A stretch of 10,886 nt of DNA from the NCBI GenBank assembly GCA_964014485.1, contig CAXHAT010000236.1:1-10886 (forward strand), written 5' to 3'. Below the pieces are notes generated by a model that saw nothing but the letters and a program-made list of their open reading frames with translations, did no database searches and had not been told where the DNA came from. The DNA is from an uncultured Deferribacteres bacterium. GTDB lineage: Bacteria; Zhuqueibacterota; Zhuqueibacteria; Zhuqueibacterales; Geothermadaptataceae. The number at the start of each line of letters is the position of its first letter. The stretch's first letter is position 1. This document shows positions 1 to 7,604 of this stretch, piece after piece. The translations under genes were made by a program, and so were the position numbers.

Positions 1-23
1 ATTTTCTATTCTGCAACAGCCTG

Positions 24-38
24 CTGCGCGGGAATGAC
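24..38. repeat. Single arm of a GTCA-tagged REP-like palindromic repeat (partner presumably left of the window)
   Basis: CTGCGCGGGAATGAC reads GTCATTCCCGCGCAG on the minus strand, the same GTCATTC head as the arms at 7455 and 9264. Only a half hairpin is visible. Confidence 0.5.
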
Positions 39-107
39 TTTGACGAGAGTTTCTACGGCGTCGCTGCTGTCGCGAAACATCAGTTAAAATGTAAATCCAT
101 AAAATAT

Positions 108-251
108 CTTTATGCGTTTAATCTACTGCTTGACATATGCGTTGTTCGTCAAAGCTTCAACCACATCCGCGACTAAGAAATACCATTTTTGCTCCGCTTC
201 ATTCCAGAAGGAGCGAATCTTTTTGGATTCAAAAAGCTTGATGCCGCTCAT
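108..251 (-). pseudogene. Truncated BRO-N domain (phage antirepressor-like) gene remnant
   Basis: Manual translation from ATG at 251: MSGIKLFESKKIRSFWNEAEQKWYFLVADVVEALTNNAYVKQ*IKRIK. The IKLFE..IRS.W....KWYF...DVV..LT pattern is recognisable as the N-terminus of BRO-N proteins. TAG at 123-125, AGGA SD upstream, ATGA overlap with the permease stop. Below the ORF-track size cutoff. Confidence 0.7.
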
Positions 252-3200
252 CTTGTTTTCCTGCCAAATGTATAAAACAAACTCGGCACGACGACCATGT
301 TCATGAAAGTCGAAGTGAACAGCCCCCCTAAAATAACTATCGCCATTGGAGATTCAATTTCTTTGCCTGGCTGGCCGCCGCCCAGCGCCAGGGGGATCAA
401 CGCCAACGCCGCTGTGAGCGCGGTCATCATGATCGGGTTGAGACGTTCGAGAGAGCCTTGAATGATGGTTTCGCGAAACGATTTGCCCTCGGCGAGCAAA
501 TGTTTGTAGTGCGAAATCATCAAAATGCCGTTGCGTGTGGCAATGCCGAACAACGTGATGAATCCAACCAGCGATGCAACGCTGATCACGCCGTCGCTGA
601 GCCACACCGCCCATAATCCGCCGATGAGCGCCAACGGTACGTTGACCATGATAAAAAACGCCGCTCGTGCGGCGTTGAACTGGCCGTAGAGAATCAGAAA
701 AATCGCCAGAATCGAGACGATGCTCAAAAGCGTGATAAGGCGCGTCGCCGCCGCCTCGCTTTCGAATTGTCCGCCGAATTCAACGTAATAGCCCTGCGGC
801 AAATCAACGTTTTCGGCAATTTGCGCCTGCGCTTCTTCGACAACGCTGCGCAGATCGCGCCCGGAGACGTTGGCCTGAACGACGATTTTACGTTGCACGT
901 TTTCGCGGCTGATCGTGTTCGGGCCTTTTTCGTAGTAAACTTCGGCAAGCTGACTCAGCGGCAGCTTCGCCCCCAACGGCGTGTCGAACAAGGCGTTGCG
1001 AATGCGCTCGATGTTGTCGCGATTCGCTTCGTTGAACCGCACGACCAGATCGTAAGTTTGCTGCCCTTCCAGAATTTGCGAGACCGTCTCGCCATTAAAA
1101 GCGACGTCAATCGCATCGGCAAGTTCGCCTACGCTCAAGCCGTACATCGCCATCGCACGACGATTGAATTTGATCCGCACCTGCGGAATATCGATTTGCT
1201 GCTCAACGGAAAGATCGACGACGCCTTCGACGGTCGCCACATAAGATTGAACTTGTTCCGCAAGCCAGCGCAAACGATAGAGATCGGGGCCAAAAATCTT
1301 GATCGCGATGTTCGCCCGCGTGCCGGAAAGCATGTGATCGATGCGGTGGCCGATGGGTTGGCCAATCGTGACGTTTGTGCCCGGCAAGCCGCTCAATGAT
1401 TCACGCAATTCGTTAAGAAAATCTTCCTTTGTCTTGCCGTTAAGTTCAAAACGCGCATCGAGCTCCGCCGCGCTCACGCCTTGCGCATGTTCATCCAATT
1501 CAGCGCGTCCGGTGCGCCGCGCCGTCGACAAAATCTCGGAATGAGAAAGCAGAATTTCTTCCGCCATTTTGCCGATTTTGTTGGATTCGTCCAAAGAAGT
1601 TCCAGGGACAGTTTGCACAGTCAGTGTGAGCGAGCCTTCGTTAAATTCCGGCAGAAATGAGCGGCCAAGAAACGGCGTTAAAGCGAGAGATCCGAACAGG
1701 AGCAGAAGTGAAAACAATAAAACCAGCTTCGCTCGTTTAAGTACAATTTCGAGCGTTTTTTGGTAGAGCGATTTTAGTCCGCTGACAAAGCGATTCTCTC
1801 CTTCCCGCTGCATAAATCTTGCGTTCGGCAAAAGATAAGAAGCCAGCGCGGGCGTGACCGTCACCGCGACAAGCAGTGAAGCAAAAATCGCCGTGATGTA
1901 GGCATAGCCCATCGGCCAGAGCAAGCGGCCTTCGACCCCGCTGAGAAAAAACAACGGTACAAAAACAATGGCGATAATCAGCGTCGCCGAAACCATCGGC
2001 GCGCGGATTTCTTTGGAAGCTTCAAACACCACTTTCAGCGCAGGTAAACGTTCTGCCTCCGGGCGCAGCATATTTTCCTTCAACCGGCGATAAACGTTTT
2101 CGACGTCAATCACGGCGTCGTCAACCAGCGCGCCGATGGCGATGGCCATGCCGCCGAGGGTCATGGTGTTGATGGTGACGTCAAAAAACTCGAACACGAT
2201 CAGACAAACCACCAGCGACAGCGGAATTGCGAGCGCGGAGATAAAAGTGATTCGGAAATTGGTGAGAAACAGAAAAAGGATGATGACAACAAGCGCCGCC
2301 CCAATCCACAACGCTTCGAGCACGTTTTTAATGGCGACGTTGATAAAATCGGCCTGTTTGAAAACCTGTGTGTCGATGACGATTCCCGGCGGCAGAGTTT
2401 CGCGAATTTCTTCAATCGTCGTTTCGATGCGCGCGGTCAGATCGAGCGTATTGGCGTTGGGCTGTTTTTGCACCATGACGATGACGGCAGGCCGCGCATT
2501 CGCGGAGCCGTCGCCAAATTTTCGCGCCGGGCCGATGCGAATTTCCGCCACGTCACGCAGAAAAACAGGCGTTTCGCCACGCATGGCAACGACGGATTGC
2601 GCCAAACCTTCCAACGTTTGCGCTCTGCCTAACCCACGAATCAGGTATTCCTGTCCGCCGTCCATGTAAAAGCCGCCGGAGGAGTTTTCATTGCTCTCTT
2701 CAGCTGCGTGCAAAACTTCGTTGAGACCAATGTCGTACGCCGCCAGTTTTTGCGGCGAAACAAGAATTTGATACTGCTTGACCTCCCCGCCAATTGGCAC
2801 GACTTGCGAAACGCCGGGAATGGCCAGCAAGCGTCGACGCACCGTCCAGTCCGCGACCGTGCGTAAATCCATCGCAGTCACGGCGTGCCCGTTTGTACTC
2901 GTTGCCGAGTCTTGCGCCACGCTGATGAGCATGATTTCGCCCATGATCGAAGAAATTGGCGCGAGAATCGGGGAATCGATATGATCGGGCAACGAGGCCT
3001 GCGCGATTTGCAGTTTTTCGTTGACGATTTGACGCGCGATGAAAATATCCGTGCCCCAATCAAACTCCACCCAAACGATGGAAATACCGGATGCGCTGGA
3101 TGAACGCACGCGCCGCACATTGGTCGCGCCGTTGACGGCGGTTTCAATCGGAAAAGTCACCAGCGTCTCCACTTCTTCGGTCGCCATGCCGTGCGCTTCA

Positions 3201-3352
3201 GTCAAAACCGTCACCGTCGGCGCGGTCAAATCCGGGAAAACATCCACCGGCAGCCGTGTTGCGATGAACCCGCCAATAACAAGCAGAACCGCGGCAAACG
3301 TCAGTACGAGCAAGCGGTTTTGAAGAGAAAACTGAATGAGCTTATCAAACAT
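248..3352 (-). CDS. czcA: CusA/CzcA-family heavy-metal efflux RND permease (1034 aa)
   Basis: Length and 12-TM RND layout. N-terminal LPVDVFPDL...EEVETLVTFPIE, TM4 GMAIAIGALVDDAVIDVENV, C-terminal ERLNPIMMTAL...PMAIVILGGL. Symbol is family-level only. Confidence 0.95.
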   Translation of the reverse strand: MFDKLIQFSLQNRLLVLTFAAVLLVIGGFIATRLPVDVFPDLTAPTVTVLTEAHGMATEEVETLVTFPIETAVNGATNVRRVRSSSASGISIVWVEFDWGTDIFIARQIVNEKLQIAQASLPDHIDSPILAPISSIMGEIMLISVAQDSATSTNGHAVTAMDLRTVADWTVRRRLLAIPGVSQVVPIGGEVKQYQILVSPQKLAAYDIGLNEVLHAAEESNENSSGGFYMDGGQEYLIRGLGRAQTLEGLAQSVVAMRGETPVFLRDVAEIRIGPARKFGDGSANARPAVIVMVQKQPNANTLDLTARIETTIEEIRETLPPGIVIDTQVFKQADFINVAIKNVLEALWIGAALVVIILFLFLTNFRITFISALAIPLSLVVCLIVFEFFDVTINTMTLGGMAIAIGALVDDAVIDVENVYRRLKENMLRPEAERLPALKVVFEASKEIRAPMVSATLIIAIVFVPLFFLSGVEGRLLWPMGYAYITAIFASLLVAVTVTPALASYLLPNARFMQREGENRFVSGLKSLYQKTLEIVLKRAKLVLLFSLLLLFGSLALTPFLGRSFLPEFNEGSLTLTVQTVPGTSLDESNKIGKMAEEILLSHSEILSTARRTGRAELDEHAQGVSAAELDARFELNGKTKEDFLNELRESLSGLPGTNVTIGQPIGHRIDHMLSGTRANIAIKIFGPDLYRLRWLAEQVQSYVATVEGVVDLSVEQQIDIPQVRIKFNRRAMAMYGLSVGELADAIDVAFNGETVSQILEGQQTYDLVVRFNEANRDNIERIRNALFDTPLGAKLPLSQLAEVYYEKGPNTISRENVQRKIVVQANVSGRDLRSVVEEAQAQIAENVDLPQGYYVEFGGQFESEAAATRLITLLSIVSILAIFLILYGQFNAARAAFFIMVNVPLALIGGLWAVWLSDGVISVASLVGFITLFGIATRNGILMISHYKHLLAEGKSFRETIIQGSLERLNPIMMTALTAALALIPLALGGGQPGKEIESPMAIVILGGLFTSTFMNMVVVPSLFYTFGRKTR

Positions 3353-3428
3353 AAGAAAAGGAGTTTGGTTGTTGCAGTTGACCGTTGTTTATTGACCATT
3401 GCCAAACGGCTACAGTCGTTCCGCAAAT

Positions 3429-4967
3429 CTAATGCGGATGGCCGTGTCCGGCCGGGACAGACGAGGTCAGCGAGGCGAGCTTAACCTGGTAACCGCCCAG
3501 AGTGACGACGCGTTCACCCACCGCGATTCCTTCAAGGACTTGGACGTAGCCTTGATCGATAAGCCCGGTTTTTAGTCGGCGTTTGGCGAAGAGTTCGCCG
3601 CCGATCTGGACGTAGGCAGTCGGCGTTCCTTCATCATCAAAAACGGCGCTTTTGGAGACGGCGAGGGTTCCAAGCGCTTCCCCGGTTTTGATCGACGCTT
3701 CGGCGAACATGCCGATTTTCAGCAAATTATTTCGGTTTTTGATAACAAAAAGCACCGGGATCGTACGCGATTTTTCATCGATCACGCTGCCGACCGAGAG
3801 CAAGCGTCCGCCGCTTTGGCTTACAACAAATTCTTCATCGTACCCTTCCACGCTGAATGCCGCGTCGGAAATATTTTGCAGTTCCGCGACATGCGCTAAC
3901 GGTACGTTCGCTTTCAAAACGACTTGATTTGGATTGGTGACGGTAAAAAGCGGGTCGCCTGCTTCTACGGTTTCGCCGATATGAAAATGCACGTCTTGAA
4001 TCACACCGTTGATCGGCGACTTGACTGGAAAATGCAAAATTGCAGAGCCGTTCGAAGCGTCGTTTTCGCCAAAACCGCTTTCTTGCACCAGCAGTTCATA
4101 TCCCGCTCGCTGCGCTTCAAATGTGAGCTTTGCCTCTTGATAATCTTTTTCGGAAATGAGTTTTTTGCCAAACATGCTTTCGGCGCGTTCATAGTTGGCT
4201 TTGGCCAGCAGAAATTCGCTGTGAATATTGTTGAGGTTGTTGAGATTGTTCAAATGCGGTGAGATGACAGCCATGATTTCCTGTTTTCGCACGCGCTGCC
4301 CCGGCTCCGGCAAGCTCGGATTTTGGTCGCCTAAAATAATGCCGTCCACCAGCGCAGTGATTTCGGCGTGATGGTTCACCTGCGGCAAAATTTCGCCGAC
4401 GGCCTTGATTGACGCGGACATTTCGCGCACCTGCACCGGATCAACCCGAAAATCCAGTCGCCACTGCTGCTCCTTCTGGAATGCGATGCGTTCTTCATTT
4501 GAGTCGTCTACCGGCGGATGCGGCACTTCGTCTTCATTGTTGGAAACAATGACGTTGTTGACGGCGTGCTTGTCGGAAATTTCATCGCCGCTGAGCCGCA
4601 ATTCCAAAATATAATTTCCGGCGTTTTCAAAATTGACCACCGGCTTGTAGACGCCGGGGCTGTCGGGAGAATCAACGGTGACACGATATTCGCTGCCGTC
4701 AAAAGACATAAAAACGCACTCGAGCTTTCCCTGCATGACGGGCTTGAAGTCCGACATTTTGGAAAGATGCACAACAAACGTGTCCTGCCTGCCGACAACC
4801 AAACCGGGATATTCCATGAACAGTTCCGTTTTCTCCGTCCATTGCGTCACGGACAAATCTCCATGCTCGTGACCGTGTTCGGCGGCGGCCTGTTCGTCCG
4901 GCGGCGCCTGACAACCAAGCAACAACGAAAGGATCAAACATATCGAAAAAATCTTTACTCTGAACAT
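3429..4967 (-). CDS. czcB: RND efflux periplasmic adaptor (membrane fusion protein), probable lipoprotein, 512 aa
   Basis: MFP motifs (PVKSPINGVI...GETVEAGDPLF, IDEKSRTIPV, LKIGMFA, VLEGIAVGERVVT), directly upstream of the permease. Start moved to ATG 4967 because GAAGGT SD precedes it and it gives a signal peptide with lipobox LLGC. His-rich HGHEHG and C-terminal GHGHPH. Symbol is family-level only. Confidence 0.92.
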   Translation of the reverse strand: MFRVKIFSICLILSLLLGCQAPPDEQAAAEHGHEHGDLSVTQWTEKTELFMEYPGLVVGRQDTFVVHLSKMSDFKPVMQGKLECVFMSFDGSEYRVTVDSPDSPGVYKPVVNFENAGNYILELRLSGDEISDKHAVNNVIVSNNEDEVPHPPVDDSNEERIAFQKEQQWRLDFRVDPVQVREMSASIKAVGEILPQVNHHAEITALVDGIILGDQNPSLPEPGQRVRKQEIMAVISPHLNNLNNLNNIHSEFLLAKANYERAESMFGKKLISEKDYQEAKLTFEAQRAGYELLVQESGFGENDASNGSAILHFPVKSPINGVIQDVHFHIGETVEAGDPLFTVTNPNQVVLKANVPLAHVAELQNISDAAFSVEGYDEEFVVSQSGGRLLSVGSVIDEKSRTIPVLFVIKNRNNLLKIGMFAEASIKTGEALGTLAVSKSAVFDDEGTPTAYVQIGGELFAKRRLKTGLIDQGYVQVLEGIAVGERVVTLGGYQVKLASLTSSVPAGHGHPH

Positions 4968-5193
4968 TGGCTTTACCTTCAAAATGAATACGAAAGAAAT
5001 AATCAATACAATGCCAGAAACGAAAGCGGCAAAGTCCCAAACAAGGGCTTCAGCTCAGCTTTCGCCCGATGGAAGACGATGCTTTGATTTACCCGGAGCG
5101 AATAGTAAACCATCCTGAGGTTAACCGGGTCAAAAAGGAGTTGCAAATCGAGTTTTGAAACCTGCTGTTTTAATCCAAGCTGAGGCTGCTCTT

Positions 5194-6696
5194 ATGGTGC
5201 GATTATTCAGGATGCCCGCCATTTTTCTTGTTTCAATCCTTAGTTTTTCAAGTTCAACGCATAGTTACAGCACAAATCTAAGCGGAAAATGGGAAGCAAG
5301 TATTCGAGCAAAAAAGATCGCTTACACAGTCGACATAGATTTGATCCATGAAGGAAATGCTGTTCGGGGCGTCTCACAAAGGCGCGGAAAATTTCCGAAA
5401 GCTGAATTTACCGGAAAAGTTTTTGGCGATTCGGTAAAGTTCGGGTTCACAGTGCAAGCTGAAAACGGACGTGATTTGGTCGTTCATTTTGTCGTGAAAT
5501 ATACGCCGACCAAAATGGAAGGGAAGAATTTTGTCACTTGGAAAGATACCGGCGCCATTCTTGGAGAGCCGCGCGATTTCACCGCGATCAGAAAGGGCGA
5601 CTCGACGAAAAAGGAAGCGCCCCAAAGCCTGCGGCTTGTAGATCGCGTCCGGCGGATTCTTGAAAATCATCGCGAGAGCCAGGGATTTCCAGGCATTACG
5701 GCGGCTTATGCCTTACCTGACGGCGAAATCACAGCGATGGGCGTTGGTTATGCTGACAAGGAAACGAGAACGCCAATGACCAAGGACACGCGAATGCTGG
5801 CCGGCAGCGTGGGGAAAACTTTTGTCGCGGCGTTGGCTGTGCAAATGGCGCAATCGGGCAAATTCGATCTTGACGATAAAGCCGAAAAATGGCTCGGCGA
5901 TGAAGCCTGGTTTTCACGCTTACCAAACGCTCAAGATTTGACTCTCCGGATGTTGCTGAGTCATCGCGCCGGATTGGTTGATCATGTCAAAACCGAGGCA
6001 TATGCCAAAGCGGTTGCCGAAAAGTTGTCTTCGGAAAACCTCGATCCGGATTTTTATTTCAAACCGGTGGAATTGATCGAATTCGCGTTGGATCGCGAAC
6101 CGCTCTTTCCTGCGGGCGAAGGCTACAATTATTCTGACACCGGCTACTTGATTGCCGGACTCATCATCGAAAAGGCCGGGGGCGATTCTTATTATTCACT
6201 CTTGCAAAAGCACATTCTCGAGCCTTTAAAATTGACACGTACAAGCGCGGCGAATTCGCGCAAACTCGAGGGGCTTTCTCCGGGTTACCTCAACCCGAAG
6301 AACTCTTTTGGCCTGCCGGAGAAGACGGTTTCGAACGGAGAAATGGTGATCAATCCGCTCACGGAATGGACGGGCGGCGGTTTGGTAAGCAATGTACAGG
6401 ATTTGGTTTGTTGGGCAAAGCTGCTTTATGAAGAAAAAGCGCTGTCAAAGCCTTATCTCGCCGAACTGCTCCAGCCAGTCTTAGAAGATGCAAAGCGGGG
6501 ATACGGACTTGGCGTGGCCGTCAACACAACCGCGCTTGGCAAAACTTACGGACACAGCGGGTGGTTTCCCGGCTATCGTACGGAAATGGCTTACTTTGTT
6601 GAACACAAAATCGCCGTAGCTATTCAGATCAATTCAGACGATCAAGTTGAACTGGGAAGCATTGTCAACGAGATTACGCAGGTTCTTGTGGAGTGA
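5194..6696 (+). CDS. Secreted serine hydrolase, beta-lactamase class C / peptidase S12-like, with extra N-terminal domain (about 500 aa)
   Basis: SxxK (GSVGK), LLSHRAGL, PAGEGYNYSDTGY and GHSGWFPGY motifs in the expected order, plus a signal-like N-terminus. ATG 5194 preferred over TTG 5155 because GAGG lies 8 nt upstream. Confidence 0.9.
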   Translation: MVRLFRMPAIFLVSILSFSSSTHSYSTNLSGKWEASIRAKKIAYTVDIDLIHEGNAVRGVSQRRGKFPKAEFTGKVFGDSVKFGFTVQAENGRDLVVHFVVKYTPTKMEGKNFVTWKDTGAILGEPRDFTAIRKGDSTKKEAPQSLRLVDRVRRILENHRESQGFPGITAAYALPDGEITAMGVGYADKETRTPMTKDTRMLAGSVGKTFVAALAVQMAQSGKFDLDDKAEKWLGDEAWFSRLPNAQDLTLRMLLSHRAGLVDHVKTEAYAKAVAEKLSSENLDPDFYFKPVELIEFALDREPLFPAGEGYNYSDTGYLIAGLIIEKAGGDSYYSLLQKHILEPLKLTRTSAANSRKLEGLSPGYLNPKNSFGLPEKTVSNGEMVINPLTEWTGGGLVSNVQDLVCWAKLLYEEKALSKPYLAELLQPVLEDAKRGYGLGVAVNTTALGKTYGHSGWFPGYRTEMAYFVEHKIAVAIQINSDDQVELGSIVNEITQVLVE

Positions 6697-6800
6697 TTTG
6701 AAAGTTAATCTTGAACGATGGTGGCAGTGTGGAGCACATTTTTTGCGGGTTTCGATTGGGAGCTAGTTTAAGCAATCTCTTCTCGTCAATTTTGATCGCC

Positions 6801-7150
6801 TTATTTTGACGCTTCTCCATACATTTCTGTAATAACTATTCTCAATTGTCGAGCGTTGCTAAGGCTTATGCGATCCAGCTTTTTTATCAATCTTAATTTG
6901 GAAATTGTTCTGATCTGGTCGATTGCAATTTCAGCGGGTTTGCGTTGACATTCGATTTGTGTATTCTACTTCGCCATTTCTTATGTATTTGAGTGGTCAA
7001 AGGACAGACGACAATAGTTCCAAGATGCTTGTTCATGAGTTCATCGCTGACAATGACAACTGGACGGGTCTTCTTAATTTCGGCTCCGATTGTCGGATCT
7101 AGATTGGCAAGCCAAACATCGTACCGTCTCGGCGAGCGGCTAGAATTCAT
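6801..7150 (-). pseudogene. mazF: PemK/MazF-family toxin, frameshifted near 6959-6962
   Basis: N-part from ATG 7150 (RYDVWLANLDPTIGAEIKKTRPVVIVSD...IVVCPLTT) is typical PemK/MazF. The typical C-part (EIAIDQIRTISKLRLIKKL...EMYGEASK, TAA at 6801-6803) is in another frame. Removing 2 nt from ATACACAAATC restores a 115-aa ORF. Confidence 0.88.
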
Positions 7151-7376
7151 GAGCGTCTTCAAATTGTTGCCAGTCTGACCAATCTTCTTTTTCCTGCGCC
7201 ATCTCTTTATAAGTATCTTCCCATGACAATCTTTCGGAATCCTTCGCGCGAATGAGCAAGCCGTCTCCAACTTCTTCAATGACAATCTGCTCTTGCAGGC
7301 GGTATTTCAATAACATTGACTTGGGAATTCTGACGCCTTTCGAATTTCCGATTGGAACCAGCTTTGTTTCAGTCAT
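7140..7376 (-). CDS. mazE: AbrB/MazE/SpoVT-family antitoxin (78 aa)
   Basis: MTETKLVPIGNSKGVRIPK AbrB-fold signature and acidic Trp-containing C-tail (EKEDWSDW). Overlaps the toxin start by 11 nt. ATG 7376 has AGGA upstream. Confidence 0.92.
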   Translation of the reverse strand: MTETKLVPIGNSKGVRIPKSMLLKYRLQEQIVIEEVGDGLLIRAKDSERLSWEDTYKEMAQEKEDWSDWQQFEDAHEF

Positions 7377-7427
7377 CCTATTTTGTGTCCTATTGCTAAA
7401 CACCAAGAATTAGTATTTACTTCAATT

Positions 7428-7570
7428 AGAGCGTATTTGGAAAGTCCTTGTCTTGTCATTCCGTAGGAATCTTTTTGGGTCGCCAGGCATGAACGTTCCG
7501 ACAGTTGTTGCGGAAAAGTCTAAAAAAGATGCTTACAGCATGACAATTTAGGACTTTCCAAATACGCTCT
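7428..7570. mobile_element. 143-nt MITE/REPIN-like nested inverted-repeat element, copy 1
   Basis: Perfect 21-bp terminal inverted repeat AGAGCGTATTTGGAAAGTCCT (7428-7448) / AGGACTTTCCAAATACGCTCT (7550-7570) enclosing inverted arms GTCATTCCGTAGGAATCTTTTT and AAAAAGATGCTTACAGCATGAC. Non-coding; mobility is inferred. Confidence 0.75.
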
Positions 7571-7604
7571 TGTACAATACTTTGATTGAAAATCAAGAAC
7601 ATCT

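Noticed and set aside
112..306. 64-aa plus-strand ORF
   Set aside because: Antisense to the permease end and the BRO-N remnant, with no recognisable motif.
767..3484. Antisense and alternate-frame ORFs over the permease (e.g. 767-1399, 2136-2669); similar ones at 4518-5087, 7824-8405 and 10357-10812
   Set aside because: They overlap well-supported genes, have no motifs, and are typical shadow ORFs.
4227..4253. 9-bp imperfect triplication encoding LNNLNNLNN in the adaptor
   Set aside because: In-frame, short and synonymously diverged; most likely an ordinary low-complexity linker.
4968..5140. Possible NiCo or other metal riboswitch upstream of the efflux operon
   Set aside because: Only scattered short resemblances (CTGAGC, TGGGAC) and a weak ACCCGG/CCGGGT pair; no four-way junction could be built by eye. 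An Rfam cmscan would settle it.
5194..6696. Calling the serine hydrolase ampC
   Set aside because: It lacks the YxN and KTG motifs, so only family-level similarity is supported.
6893..7285. 130-aa ORF as listed in the track
   Set aside because: The first 45 codons overlap mazE out of frame and the last 22 are post-frameshift. The real toxin start is 7150.
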